Notes: generated from the sequence alone by a model not told the origin. A stretch of 60,764 bases of DNA, filler included, from Platydemus manokwari (GCA_037951405.1; 6 parts of 6 records of this genome joined end to end with filler, not necessarily neighbours in it), one strand, 5' to 3'. Counted from the whole stretch's first letter, positions 27,901 to 42,430 are shown. Translations and numbers: made by a program.

Positions 27901-28322
27901 ATATAAAAAAGGCATTAAAAGTTTTTTATTCGAAGCCAATATCGGACTCAACTACAATAATAACATATTATTTATGCATCGTCCCTCGGGAGTAAAACAA
28001 AGTCAAGGTAATGTGAAGCAGATTTTACTTTCTTGTTCTACTTCCAATGAAAAAGGATGAGTAAATGAAATATGCCATAGTTGAGTTTTTACTGAGATCT
28101 AAGTAAAATATAGAAATTTGATTGCCAATGATTGACATTTGGCTTTTTTGTACTGAGATGGTTATCGCGCTTCATTCAAAAAATAATCCCATAATAATTA
28201 AGCCATCTTATGTTTATTAAGAATAAAATTTGAAGGTTTTATAAAGTGATCTCAGCGTTTCATAATTTTTTTAATGTACAATTATACCGAAAATTTTACT
28301 ATAATTTAATATATTATTTTAT

Positions 28323-28972
28323 TCAGTATTTCTCATCTCAACGGCCACTCCTTCCAACCGTTAACATTTTTTAGAAAATATTTTCATGATTTATTTTTAT
28401 TTTTGAAACGATAACGTTGTTTTAATATTAATTGTTGATGAAAAACTTTTCATTGGAATTTATTTATGACAAACCGAAAGTGTGTAAAGTTAAGTGTTGT
28501 TGAAAAAATTCAAATTTTGAAGTACATGGAGTATTATCATGTATATTCAGGTAACAGAGTAGCAGAGGTTTTCTTAGGTAAATTTAAAAAAGAGCTTTCA
28601 AAATGAGCTATCAATGATATCAGAAGAAACAAGGGTTATTTTTAATTCAAAATGCTGATCTTGTACACAAAATTGATTGGCGAATTCCCGTTTTAAAATT
28701 TAATGTTTTAGACAAAGAATGGGTTGATAATATAATATATAATAAATAAAATATATAATAAATATATAATAAAATATATAATAAAATATATAATAAATAA
28801 TATAATATATAATATATGGATAATATAATAAAAGAAAAGTGGGTTCAAATACCCATGTCAACCATGCTCCTCCTAACCCCGACATATGAAGAACTGAGAA
28901 AATGTGGCGATTAAGAGGAGTTTTTTATAAGAAAAATAAGGAGGAGTGGCGGTTAGGAAGAGGGATAGTGTA
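28323..28972 (+). mobile_element. pogo/Tigger-derived non-autonomous element
   Basis: TIRs cagtatttctcatctcaacggccactcc and ggagtggcggttaggaagagggatagtgta. The interior encodes a CENP-B-like HTH start: MTNRKCVKLSVVEKIQILKY...AINDIRRNK. Confidence 0.75.
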
Positions 28973-31319
28973 TATAATATTTTTTGATGTTCGATGAAAA
29001 TATTCCAATTTAAACCATATCGACATCCTAATATATACAATTCTTTACACAATCATTAATTAACCTGATGGCGGCAAATGTTCCTTGATGACAGAATTGA
29101 TATAATCAACATTCAATTCTCCAGTGTCAATAAAAACGTTTTCTGTTATAGACAATCTCTTCGAATTTTCATTAAGACGATTGGTATTCCGATTTGAAAC
29201 CGATCTCGTAACAACGAGAGCATTATTGTTCATAATGGTCTCAGGACTGCTGGAATACTATCGATTTAAAACGAGATTGGGTATATTTAATTATATCTAT
29301 TACAATTACTTCATCAATCGAAACAGTGGAATCTAAATTAAGATGTTTCAACGAAGCCGCCCGAAAATCGGCCATTTTTGATGTCAATATTTCCTCTTCT
29401 GGTGACTAAAGAATTAATTGGATTCAACAAGACAAATCAATTAAAAATCAATAAAACAAATTTACAAAGCTGGTAAATTTGGGCAATATCGGTGATGGTA
29501 AACCAACTAAAAATACACCGGTGCCAGTCTAAAGATATTTCAAGATTTCATCTGATATTTCAATAAAATAATACTGCTATAGCAATGATGACATTTTGCC
29601 CGACACACAATTCAACTTTGAGACCAAATAAACCATTCAAGCCTTTCAGCTAAAACAAAAATGAATTAGTATCAAAATTTATTGTTATTGTTCTCTAATT
29701 TTATAAAATTCAAGTCGGTAGGGGTTAACACTACTTGTTCGCATTAATTTTGGAAAGTTGCTACCCCTTGATATTTCATTTCAAGAAATTAGCCCCACCT
29801 TTTACATATTTTTCACACAATTAATATATTAAAAAAAATACTCTTTATTATAAAATAAAAAATTCTTATAAGCAACAACAATTGAAGTAAAGTCTATGGT
29901 CGGAACTTAGATGAGCCTGTGTCAAAGTTTTTTCCTTATTGGTGACTTCAATCTGCATTCTACCTTTTCTTCAGTGCATTTTAGATCAGCTTTTGACCAA
30001 GGCATCGTGGTCATTGGTTTTTTCCTTTTCTTCGGTTAATTTCCTTATTAAGGAAGAGTATTTTCTCATCAACTTAGTTGTGAAACTCGTATGCCCCTGT
30101 TGAAACTCGCATTGTTGATAAATTGTTTTAATATTTGATCTCATAACTTCAATGGTAATTTCGTTTGTCTTTTAACTATTAAATATTAGTTTATTTCAAG
30201 ATTATATCATTCCAAGATATTAGTGATCCAGGTACCCTTACAATAAAATTGCGTATTTCAATAGTCCAGTTCAAACGACCGTCCTTGATATTCTTTCTTT
30301 ATTCCTCATACTTTTCTAAGTTCCTCAATTGAATTCTCGATATCTAGTAGAAGAATGTTATTAGTCAATCTCCATGTCTACCCTTTGTTTTGATTTCAAT
30401 CCTTACTGGTGATATCTACATTTGCTTTATCACGGTCACATCACTACCACACAGAAACCAATTATAATTCAAGGCTTCTATTTATATTTGTTCCAGATCA
30501 TATTCATAATTTTTCTTTCTGATGTTGAATGACATAAAAGGAAAAAAAACTTTTAAGAAAAAATTCATAAAACTCGGCAGATAAACAAAAGCAATGGAGA
30601 TTAAAAAAAAACCTATTATTCAAACTTAATTAATGATTTAAAAGGGGAGAGTATTGATAATTCAAATTTAATACGTCAAATGATCAATATCTTGATTAAA
30701 TTTCTTTAAGAGGAAAAAATATCTATTTATATGAAAAACACTAATAAGATTATACAAGTAATACAGAAGTGTCGCCTTCATTATCAACCAACAATGATTT
30801 ATGAAATAAATTAAAAAATATATTTTAGAATAATTTGAGAATGATTTTCAAATCAAAAATATTTACAATAATAATAACAATTCTGATAATAATAATAAAT
30901 NNNNNNNNNNNNNNNNNNNNNNNNNNNNNNNNNNNNNNNNNNNNNNNNNNNNNNNNNNNNNNNNNNNNNNNNNNNNNNNNNNNNNNNNNNNNNNNNNNNN
31001 NNNNNNNNNNNNNNNNNNNNNNNNNNNNNNNNNNNNATAATAATAANNNNNNNNNNNNNNNNNNNNNNNNNNNNNNNNNNNNNNNNNNNNTTAATTAATT
31101 AANNNNNNNNNNNNNNNNNNNNNNNNNNNNNNNNNNNNNNNNNNNNTTTAATTTATTATTATATTTTTGCCGAATTAAGAGAATCGACCTTTTACTCCTT
31201 ACAATAAAAATAACATTGCTAATAAATAATAATCAAAATAAAATTTAATTAAATGGTTTTAAAATATCCACAGTTAATTATATACTCTAATGTCACTATC
31301 AATTATTTTTATTGATTCA

Positions 31320-31660
31320 AAATTCTTGATGATTCTCGATCAATCATCTGTCAGCCCATTGCTACTTCTTCATCCATAGTCAGTGAATTACGTTGTTATA
31401 CTGCATTGCTATGATATAGTTATGGGCTGGCATTGTATTATTAAGTGCGACGTAAAATAATATTTACACTGTATGGATGTTGGTGAATAATATTTACATG
31501 GTTGTAAAATATTTGTGGGAATTATATGAGTTATATATGAAATGTTCGCGGGAGACCCCAACACTTTCATGCTGTTGTCCACTAAATAAATTATTTTGGT
31601 ATTATTCATATTTAGAGTTTTAAATTCCACAATTAACATGAAACATAGTAAATCAATACA
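31320..31660 (+). pseudogene. Putative class A GPCR remnant (TM2-TM3)
   Basis: A single frame with four stops reads NYVVILHCYDIVMGW...YLHGCKIFVGII...FMLLSTK*IILVLFIFR, resembling LA..D, GCK and S.ER..AV.FP.R. Confidence 0.3.
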
Positions 31661-31954
31661 TTAGAATAAACAATGTCCATGCGTTGATGCATTTTCTATC
31701 TGTTTCGAGTCCAAAATGACTTACTTGTAAAATGGATTCCAATGTATTCCTTATTCTTATTAAATTTAGTTTTATATTAAAGATATTTTTTAAATTTATG
31801 TTGTTATCCAGTTGATATATTATATAATATCAATGACTACACTATAATAGTGATTATTAAAATACAAAGACATACGAAGGAAATCAATTTATTAATACGA
31901 TATTAAGTGACATTTGAAAAACAAAAAATAAATTTGTCTTCTATAAATTTGGTC

Positions 31955-34900
31955 TCAATCATCACTACTCACTTGAAGGATCAAACTTTTCGTATTCAAA
32001 ATACAAGAAGTCAAAATGATTAGATTCCATTTGTTCAATTTCGCCATATGACGCAATGATGCTATTTCCGAATAACAGCATCCACCAACAAAACATACTA
32101 TTATGGTTTCGATGTTGGTTTGATGAGCTTTTCGAACACTGGTTCCCGATCCCAAAGGCATTCGACCATAATTGACGGCAGCTAATTATTAATTTTCTTT
32201 ATTATTATAATTGACCAATAAATTAAAATATTTAAATTAATAATTCAATATTAATCAATAATTATTTTATTAATTGAAATATTTGAAATTACAATTAGTA
32301 GTTGTGATTAATGTCAAAAATCACCTGAACATCTTAACGAAACAGTGCTTTGAATATTTAATATGTGGAAATCAATGATAAAACTTATCCAGCTTGCTAA
32401 CTCTACTCTATAGGAAATACAAGCCATCATGAGGTATTCTGAAAGTGAGGAGTTTTCTCTTGATTCGATTGTTTGTATGAATATACATTCATTGACATCT
32501 TTCAAATTTATTGAATATTAAGACTAAGGTTCTCTGAATGCTTGAAGATTAGATTAAAGCAAATAAATTGGATGAAAATACATTTCCACTAATGCTAAAT
32601 TCTACAAATTGTGTAACCACTCCAGGAACCATGACAACAGAAAGAATCAATAAGAATCAAATGAATTCAAATTCATTCTCATCAACAACGATTATTTTGA
32701 CCAATCATATTCATATAAATAAATGTGTGACAATAATGCGAAAATTTAAAATAATTAATATATGATGAAAGATGTGAAATCATGGAATCAATGGTAATCA
32801 ATATACATCTAATTACCCTCAGCAGATATGTTAAGATTTCTGAATGCCTCGTCGATAGAAGAGATCGTTTTCTTCGATTTTCCTAGGGTGTTATCGTTGG
32901 CACTTAAAAACTTTTGGGGTTCTTTGTAGGAATCTGTGGTCTTTCGACAAATCTCTTCGATCAACATCGAACAAATAGGACTGTGATGGCCACCGAAAAT
33001 AAAACTCGTGTGCACACAATCCATAGAACTCTCCATTTGTTTGATGGATGATAGTTTTAGTGCATTTTTTATGTTGCTGAATGGGAAATTAAGTTATATG
33101 ATAAATATATGAAAATCTACTAATATCTCGATTTGTATGACGTTATCATTTGTTTCATCGAGCTTGCGGGATTAGGAGTACTGAGATTTTGTTGACTGCC
33201 TAAATGAGCAACAGATTCAGAACCGTCGATGAAATCTTCTCTCGGTGCGAAAAGTCGAAGTTTCCGCAAATTATGTAAAAGATAAATGATTGGATATCCG
33301 GCCGAATGACATACCAGACGATACATTTCTTGATATACATTTTTTGGTAATCCATCAAGACAAGCAGTCCATAAACAAAGAAGTCGTAAAGCATCAAAGA
33401 GTTTGGTCTCATATCTGAAGAAGGCAGGTATCAAGAAGGCAGTATAAATTATTATTCCTATACTCATAACCTCGATGTCAAAAATTCAATGATCAAATTT
33501 CTTGGAAATTCCCAATCTTCAGCACCGAGGAGTGTTGCCTGGGCACTAATCAATTCATCAACACGATCACGAATCGTTGTTTCTTTAAGTATGTGATCAT
33601 AGGCAGCAAAACATAATGACAATTGTTTTCCGTGATTTATCACTTGGGGCATATCAGAGTTCACAAACGACATCAACTGTTCAGGAGCTTTAATATAGCC
33701 GAGTTTATTTTTTTGATCGATTAAACTTTCATTTCGTTTTTTGAGAATTGCAGCGACATGGGTCAATGGAAGTGCTCGAATTTCCTGAATCAAATACATG
33801 GATATACGCATTTCAAGCTTTGAGATCGAATATAATCGAAAATTATTATTGTTAATGTGATAAGAACAGTCCAATAACAGACAGGTTTCGTATTTCTTAC
33901 TATTCGTTGGTATCGAATAGAAACTTGGATTTCATAATTTGTTTATTACAGAATTCAAAAACACAGCCATTTTGTAAACATGTACTATTATTTGCCACTT
34001 TATTGTGAGTGCCTGTTGTGAATTGCAATTTGGTTCTATATCAATACATTCCTGACCATTTGAAAATGAAATATAGATAATGATTATATATATCCAAACT
34101 CCAATGTGGTGAAATTAATAATCGCCATATTATATTACAAAATCATGTTACCTCAAAAACTTCATTGCTACTATTCATGTATTCCTTTTTATCGGGCTCG
34201 TCAGTTAATTCTCTCGTAAATAAAACCTGTCCTAATACGAGCCGAATAAAATTGGATATTAATTAAAGTGTATTTCTTACCCAAATCAATATCCATCACC
34301 TCGTGAAGCATTCCTTCAAATATTATCGGCAGACAAAACGGTGTGACATAATCCAAGTCTATAAATAAATAAAAATTTTCAGTCGGCTTAAACAAATAAA
34401 TTTAGAAACCGATAAAACAAATTTGAAGAAGATTAAAGATTTTAAAAACAACATGATGTTGTGATTATAAAATTATTATATAAATAATTTTATAATTAAC
34501 CCTTTATGTTAAATAATTAATAAATGTAAAAAATACAAGTTAAAATTCGTTTTAATGTGCTAAAATATGTTCGCAAATGAAATTACTAATTTTGTAATCC
34601 ATTCATAACTTTTACAAAATATCATAATAAGTCACCGCGATACTGATTTGATAATTTTAGCTTATGGGTTAATATTTACAAATTTATAATGCGCTCATTG
34701 GTGGATCTGATCTCCAATCACTTTATTGTCATTGCCTGACTGTATTATCATTTAGCACTTGAACGATAATAGTAATGAAAATTTGATGTTGAAAAAAAAA
34801 GTAATAATAAAAGCAATAATAGTTGTAATAATGATGAGATAATGATAATGATAATAAGCACAATCAGTTATAATAATCTTTCACCTCGGCTAATTATGAA

Positions 34901-37900
34901 TATATTTGTGCTTCCAGTCCGGCTATCCGATTGTTTGAAGTTTGACGAATTCCGATTACAAGCATCATAGACACCTCTGAAACACCAATTTGATGTTTCG
35001 CCCAAAGAATATATCTTTAAATTTAAATTCCATCATGCCCTCACTAAAGTAATATCGACAATTACTTGGCATGTATATGTTGGGCGATCAAGACCGATTA
35101 TAATCGCATCGGCAATCATTTCCCCGAAAAAATAACACCAGCTTGTATTTCGATGCAAGAAACTCGAAGAAAACAAATTGGGAACATTGAATGTGAGAAG
35201 ATCGTTATCGATTGGAATCCAACCTATCTTTAAGTCGAACATTCCAATTTTATCCAAAGGTAAATCTTCTTTTTGTAACAGAAATCTGCATGCCTCTGTC
35301 TAAAAATTCAGTCTTTATGAAGCAATATATCGAAAATGATTTTTAATATCAAATTGTTCTATGTATATGCCATTTAACATTGTATTTCTTGTATTTCAGA
35401 TCAGAAAATGCGTTTAAATAAAGAGCAGTTTAATGAGAATCTGCTCCGGAAGAACTCACATGGTCCTAATCGAATTTAACAGTAACCACGTAGAGATTAT
35501 CAAGTAGAACTTATATTTTAAACCAGAACTCTCATTTTTTATATGGAGGATGCCAACCAGCACAATTAGCGTAATGATAATATATGTAGGATTACCAAAT
35601 GACTCCTGTTTTTTTAATGAACAAACAAATCTGTTGTAGTCGACATATCGCAGAACTAATGATGGTCACAGCGACAATGTCAATCAACGTGTTAAATTTA
35701 TATTTGGAGTTTGAAAATCAGAAATGCTTTCGAACTTCTTTTTATTCTTAAATTGTGTTAATTAAGCCGATAGAATTATTTGGAATATAGCAATTTGGGT
35801 TTGAAAAAATTTGGAAATATTAGTGAATATCGAGGATAATTTTCATTATACTTCTTGCTTACATGGATGATGAAAACAACATAAAATAAAGAAAATTTTG
35901 ATTGAAAATTGAATTTTTGTTAATATAAAATAAGTTTACTACAATATTTTCCGAAAATTTTCAAAACATATCACATAATTTGTAACATCGGCAAAAACCT
36001 GATTTATTGAACAATCTTCTGTTAGACATAAAAATATTTCTGCATTTTCTATACTCTTATCAACACTAAAGAAGCTTATAACTATTCTCAGCAAATAATA
36101 TATCAATAAATCCACTCATTGAATGAAATCGGAAAGCATCAAATAATGAATACTATAGTTGTATAGAGGATTAAATCTCTAACAAGAACATGGTTTTCCT
36201 TTCTATCGCACTCGGGACATGTTTCCTGAATTGTTAGATAATCGTGATTGTAGATGGACACTTAAAGCTTAAATTATTTATCTCCAAACCAACCGGTTCC
36301 ACTATTATATTAATGATGTAATTATCATCATCCTATTTATAAAATGGGTTTATCTATTCCAGAAAATTCCATAATACATAACTATTCTCAGCAAATAATA
36401 AATCGATAAACCCAACTGATTGAATGAAATCGGAAAGCATCAAATAATGAATACTATAGTTGCACAGAGGATTGAATTTCTAACAAAAACATGGTCTTTC
36501 TTTCGATTGCAATCGGCGGCACAATTTTAAGTGGATATTTATAACTTAATTTATTTATTGGCTCCACTATCATATTAAAGATGTAATTATCATCATTATA
36601 ATTAATAAATTGTCATTATTTATAAAATGAGTTTATCTATTCGAGAAAATTCCACAATATATAGCATTCCAGTGCATCATATATTTCAATGAATGAATTC
36701 GATTGTGGCCGTGTGAAATATCAACAATTGAAGCAAATATCAATCGGAATGAATACAGCAATTTTTCAAATTATTTTCATTGTCAAACCAAGATTTTAAT
36801 GCACATTAAATCAGCACAAGTATCAATCAACAAGAAGATTCGTCGCGAAAATTATTTTTTTGTAGAAAAATCGATAATTTTTAAAATATTTTTAGAAGCA
36901 AAATACTTTCATTTTTACTGCCATTTAATATTATTATAATTTATTTATAATTATTTTTTTAATGTTTAAATAATAATTATTATTTCTTTATATATTATTA
37001 ATTATATTTCTGATAACTATTAATTATTATTATTATGGTTAAAACATGAATATATTTGATTATAATTTTAATATTATAATAATTATAATTAATTATTTAT
37101 TGCTTTTCTATTTTATATTTATAATTTTTTGATTATATTTCATTTATTATTAATATTTTCATTTTTAATTTATTATTATTAAATTATTATTATTATTATT
37201 ATTAAAATATTATTATTAATTTTCATTGGGTTATTTTATCTAAAAATTTTTGAATGCCATCAAAATTAGTGAAATTGCATAAAATCATCACGATTTTATT
37301 AAAAATTATAACCAATTTAAACATTAACGGAAAGTTTGTAATTTAAGAATAAAACCATGTCAGAATAATAAATCTATTATTGCGGTAATGTTGTAAAAAT
37401 AAGGATTTTTCAACAGCCAATCAGCAGTGAGTATTATAGTAAATGAGATTTCTGATGCTGTTTTCACATCTACTGACAAATCACAACAGTAATATATATT
37501 TCTTATAATTCCATTAATGATAAAATTTGCTTATAATTGTTGCAATACGCAAATTGAACTGTATTTGATTAGCAAAAATTTCGGATTCTAATAAAATGAA
37601 AACCTACCATAAATGGCACAAAGCCCAAAACCAATGTCCTATCAATGGAGTTTTCTTTGTCATTTTTGAGCATCTTGATTATTGATTGTACAGCGTCGTA
37701 CTCAGATGGTAAAAGGCAGATGATTCTAGATAGAAATAGACACATTTATTATACAACTAAAAACACGAGTAAGATGTTTCTGAAGTTTTTCAATGTGTTA
37801 GATGAAAATAAAATTATTCACAAAATAAATCTCAATATAAATCTATATAAAAATAACTAAAATTACTTATTAATTTCTTTCTTAATCGAATAATCGGCAA

Positions 37901-38149
37901 GTGCAATAATATTATTAATTCCACATTTCGTTAGCAAATCTTTACCACAAATTTTGTCAAGTATGATTTGAACATCAGAATGCAACATAAGACATTTTTT
38001 CCCGGGAATCTAGATTAGAATTTTTTAATTAACAGTGTAAATTAAAAATAAGATATAGCTGAAAAAATTAGACAAACTTTTGAACATAGATCCATAATGT
38101 TTGAGTGATAAACATTTATAAGATTCCTAGCGTTGAAAGGGGTATTCAT
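31955..38149 (-). CDS. VPS33B: Sec1/Munc18-family VPS33 (VPS33B-like), complete; exons 38149-38078, 38009-37867, 37725-37608, 35299-35066, 35014-34885, 34358-34281, 34231-34152, 33784-33471, 33414-33121, 33076-32817, 32181-31955
   Basis: Spliced translation: IPGKKCLMLHSD..ILDKI, WIPIDNDLLTF, ISRDLDYVTPFCLPIIFEGML, VFEEIRALP, ALRLLCL, SFIFGGHHSPI, VCFVGGCCYSEIASLR. All introns are GT-AG and in phase. The A versus B paralogue call is tentative. Confidence 0.9.
32314..32700 (-). pseudogene. Putative class A GPCR remnant (TM1-TM2) in the last VPS33 intron
   Basis: FLLILSVVMVPGVVTQFVEFSISGNVFS (TM1 GN) is followed by RENSSLSEYLMMACISY (ICL1-TM2, SS..YL..LA.SD-like). Confidence 0.4.
35940..36850 (-). 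pseudogene. Decayed class A GPCR (TM3 to helix 8) with a tandem duplication of about 300 bp covering TM5-TM6, in VPS33 intron 3
   Basis: LLVD*YL at 36828-36820 (CGA>TGA would restore DRY). The duplicated units (about 36078-36372 and 36380-36655) each encode RK..HV.VR..IL..TIVFII*CFPISF (TM6). YVICFENFRKIL follows (TM7/helix 8 NFR at 35959-35951). Confidence 0.6.
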
Positions 38150-40764
38150 TTAAAATTAAAATAATATTAAATAGTGAAAAAATTAATTTGAAAAAAGTTA
38201 ATTTACACAGGTTAAATAAACAAAGAAAATATTTGAACGTAAAAATTACTTCCGTTTATTTATTATTGTAAAATGAATAATTTTAGACAGTAATTGCTTA
38301 ATAAGGTGAACTTATTTTGATTATAAACAATAATAATGTTGTTAATTTATAGCATTTTTTGAGTTTAATCATTAATAAATTAATTTAATTGAATGATTAG
38401 TTGAAATAATTTCGCGTTCATTTATTATTTTACTATTTGATTACGATTTATTTTTTTAACTTCAAAACTTTATAGAAAGAAATACAACGCATTCATTATT
38501 GAAAATTTATTATCTGATTAGCTCGAATTGAACAACACCCTAAGTCACATAATAATTAAATTGACAAAAATGTGTTCTATAATTCCTACACCTTTGGAAG
38601 TAGTGGATTTGTATGTATTTGTATTCTCTATTTCATTTGTGATTGAATGCCTGATGAGCTTCTTATATTTTTTATTTTTACCATATTTTTTTCAGAATAG
38701 GTTAATGTATTGAGTTTTCCTATATTTAAATGACAGAAACAAAATGAAAAGGAACGATGATTTATAAAATAATTATAAAACGTAGATTAAATAGTTAATA
38801 AGAATGGAAAAATGATTTTTGATCACTTATTAGGACAAGGAACAAATAAAAAAACCCTATATATAATCAACGAACTAAGAATTGATTTTACAACTATAGC
38901 AGTTTCTACAAGTGCATATATATGTGTGTGTTCTACCCACTAGTATAACAATCAGTTTTCGGATTTGTTATTCATTCAAATAGTTTAAATTACAATTAAA
39001 TAATCACTTTTGAATTTTATTAATGTAGGATCACTTTTGTTTCAACAATATATGAGCTCGATTTAAATTTTTGTTGTTTATTCAAGTTAACTATGCCTTA
39101 TTAACAAAGCATACTTTTTTATAATAATTTAGTTAATAAAGGCAACCACATAACTCTAATTATTAGAGCCCATTATTACGTTAGTTGAAAAGTATTATTG
39201 TAAACATATTTGGAACTTGACTTGTATAGAATATGAGTGTGTTTATGCTTGATTTTGTGACATAAACTACTTTTAAGCTTATGATATAATTCTACAACCT
39301 ACACATATATAATCTTGATTTACCCTAAGTTTCAAAATCAAAAATATGTGTATGTTTTTGCTAAAAACAAAACAATTTGTTCCTGCTAAACAATCGTTTT
39401 GTTTATTTTTATTTTAAAATAACTTTTCATAGTTACTTTTATTTTGGTGATTTTTAAATTTAAATTTTTTATTTTAATTAAAAAATTTAAGTTTTTTTTA
39501 TTTTTAATCTTTTTAACTGTTTAATTTAGTTAGGAGCTCCTTAATCTATATTATACTGCGTATTTGAATCGTTGTATGTAATTGTATTATTTTGTATAAT
39601 GTGACTCGATCTGAACACTACATAATGTTCTATTTTCAGATTCAATTAATTATCATGATGGGATTCGATATTCAATGTAAAATAACATGCACAATTAGGT
39701 TATTACTTTGTTTCTTCAATATATTTGGTCTTTTAACGTGTTTGGTTTACCTTTTTTCTGCAAAGTTTATTTGGTATCTTGATTTTACAGGTTTTTTTAA
39801 AATAATATACTATAGATTTAAGCTTAAGATAACCTATTAGGGAGGTTACGTGGGTTACTATGCGCGTTTTACAAAACCATATCCATTTCTAAACACAACA
39901 TAAATTGTTGAGAAATTAGTTAAAAATTCGTGGCCATCTACTCAAGTGAAAAAGGCTTCTGATTTCGAATCAAATTTTGCAAGTTCGAGTTCGAAATTAT
40001 TTTTCAATGATTATTTGTTAAAAGCTATTACATATGGGATATAAAACAATACAAACAATAAATGGAATAAAGTAAATATTAATTATAAACATTGCTAACG
40101 ATACATAGAAAATTTTAATTATAAACAAAATAATATTATAACAATAAAAAAATATTAATTAATCACCAGAATTTTTATTAATCATAAACCATCCAGAATA
40201 TTTTTCAGATATAAATATAAATAATTTTTGATTGGGAATTTTTATCTCGGCGGTTTTTAGTATAATTAAAGAAATGATAATCCATCATAACTTGTTAAAA
40301 TAATACAAGAATAATTAAATTATCAGCAAAACATTTCGCTTAAGTTAAGAAAAAGGGTTCTTTGACATACTTTTGTAATAATTAAATTTCGCGCATGAGA
40401 TAATTTTATAACTTAATTTTATATATAACTGCTATGTTTGATTTATTCGTATAATTCAGTNNNNNNNNNNNNNNNNNNNNNNNNNNNNNNNNNNNNNNNN
40501 NNNNTTAATTAATTAANNNNNNNNNNNNNNNNNNNNNNNNNNNNNNNNNNNNNNNNNNNNTGTCAGTAGAATAAAATGACATGTATCAAATCAACAAACC
40601 ATTTTTCTTATGGCCAGTGACATCTGTTACAAAAACCAGAAAGGAATTACCGACACACCTGGTATATAAGGAATGGAAGTAAATTATTTCAATGAGAAAA
40701 TTGTGGGAAAGAATTTCTAAAATATATATTCCAAAGAAAATTAATTTCAAAGTTTGAGATAAAT

Positions 40765-42430
40765 ATGTCAGAGGAAGTTGAAATAAATTCTAATAATTCA
40801 ACGAATTGTATCTGTTGCCATGGTTTTGTAGCGTCGTTTGAAATGTTAAATGGGACTTCTCTGCTAACAATTGAATGTTTTAATACTAGATTATTTTTAA
40901 GTGGGATATCAAAAGATCAATACCAAAGAGCACAAGGTGTTTGGAATAAATTTAACTATAAAACATCATGGGACTATATAATTTTATATTTAAAATAAGA
41001 TGTAAATATATTAGCTGATGCAATGGAAAATTTCAAAAATAATTTTATTAAAGTAAGGAAACTTGATCGTGCTCATTAAATTTATTCATCATCTTTAGCT
41101 TGAGAGTCTGGATTAAAAGTTACCAATATAAACTTAGAATTATTTAGAGATCTAACAGTGTATTATACGTGAGGGAATGGAATTACAGATGGAATCTCAT
41201 CAGTAAATGGTGAAATATATGCTAAAGCAAATTATAAATTTACTAATGATAGAATATTATTATTATCCTTAGAAATATGAATCTATAAAGATTGTTAAAG
41301 AATTTGAAGGAACTAAATCCCTAAACATAGATGAATATTTTCAAAAGAATTACCTGTTATGAATTGATGTTAATAATTTATATAGTTGGGAAATGAGTGA
41401 GTCTCTTCTTTATGAAAATTTCCGATGGTTAGGTAGTGAAACATTATGTTATTATAATTTAGACAATTATGTTACACTATTAGATCTACTAACACCAGAC
41501 TCATAGCAATGAATAATTTTAGAGGTTGATCTGGAATATCAAGATAAAGAAATAACTAAAGATTTCCCATTAGCACCAGAGAAAATAAAGGTTGATTTTA
41601 AATTACGTAGTGAAAATCAAAGTTAGTACGTAGGAAAGAAAAAATTGTCTAAATTATTAATTTGTGATCAAACAGATAATTATGATAGAAATCTTCAGTT
41701 TTATTTAAGAATGGGTATGAAAATGAAACGAATAAATCGGATATTAATATTTGGTTTTTAATATTAATAACATGATTGAACGAATATTTTCAATTAAATA
41801 CTGATTTAAAAGCTAAAAGTACATCCGATTTTGAAAAAGATATATGGAAATTAATGAACAACAATTCCTTTGGTAAAACGATGGAAAATATAAGGAAACG
41901 AGAAAATGTTAAATTATTACAGATCCACTTATAGCAAGAAAATAATGCAAACAACCAACTTATAAAAGGTTTACTGAATTTAGTGGCTATTTATTTGCGA
42001 TGCATTATCATAAAGAACAAGTAAAATTAAATAAAGCAATTTATTTAGGATTTTGTATTTTATAATAAAGTAAATTATTAATCTACGAATTTTATTACAA
42101 CATTCTCAAACCCAAATATAGCTAGTTTGCTAAGCAATGAGCCTCTATTTATATGATGCCAACAATAAAAATGTAGTTAGAAACTTTAAAGATGAAGTGA
42201 ATGGACAATTCTTAGCATAGAATGGAGCTATAATATCAAAATGTTATTGTCAGAGACAGAAGTCAGTTCACAGAATTACTATTATTAAGAGCAAATGAAT
42301 CCAAAAAGAAGTAATTAAGAAAGATATGAATATGGATTTATTTAAAGAATTTTTATTTGATAATCAAGATAACCGTTAGGATATTATAAAAATTGGTTAT
42401 GCTAGACATTGTATACAAGTATCAAAAACT
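40765..42430 (+). mobile_element. Polinton/Maverick-type protein-primed DNA polymerase B, decayed
   Basis: Motifs YLK*DVNILADAMENF (ExoIII), IDVNNLY (motif A), LEVDLEY..FPLAPEK, FEKDIWKLMNNNSFGKTMENIRKR (motif B), KAIYLGFCI and FKDE. The YxDTDS segment appears deleted, and there are many stops. Confidence 0.88.

Noticed and set aside
28700-28885. Tyr/Ile-rich ORF (likewise the Leu-rich ORF at 46121-46342)
   Set aside because: These are translations of low-complexity or microsatellite DNA.
36078-36655. Tandem intronic units read as C/D-box snoRNAs (ATGATGA and CTGA boxes)
   Set aside because: The boxes are too far apart, with no terminal stem or recognisable rRNA guide. A GPCR TM5-TM6 duplication explains the sequence better.
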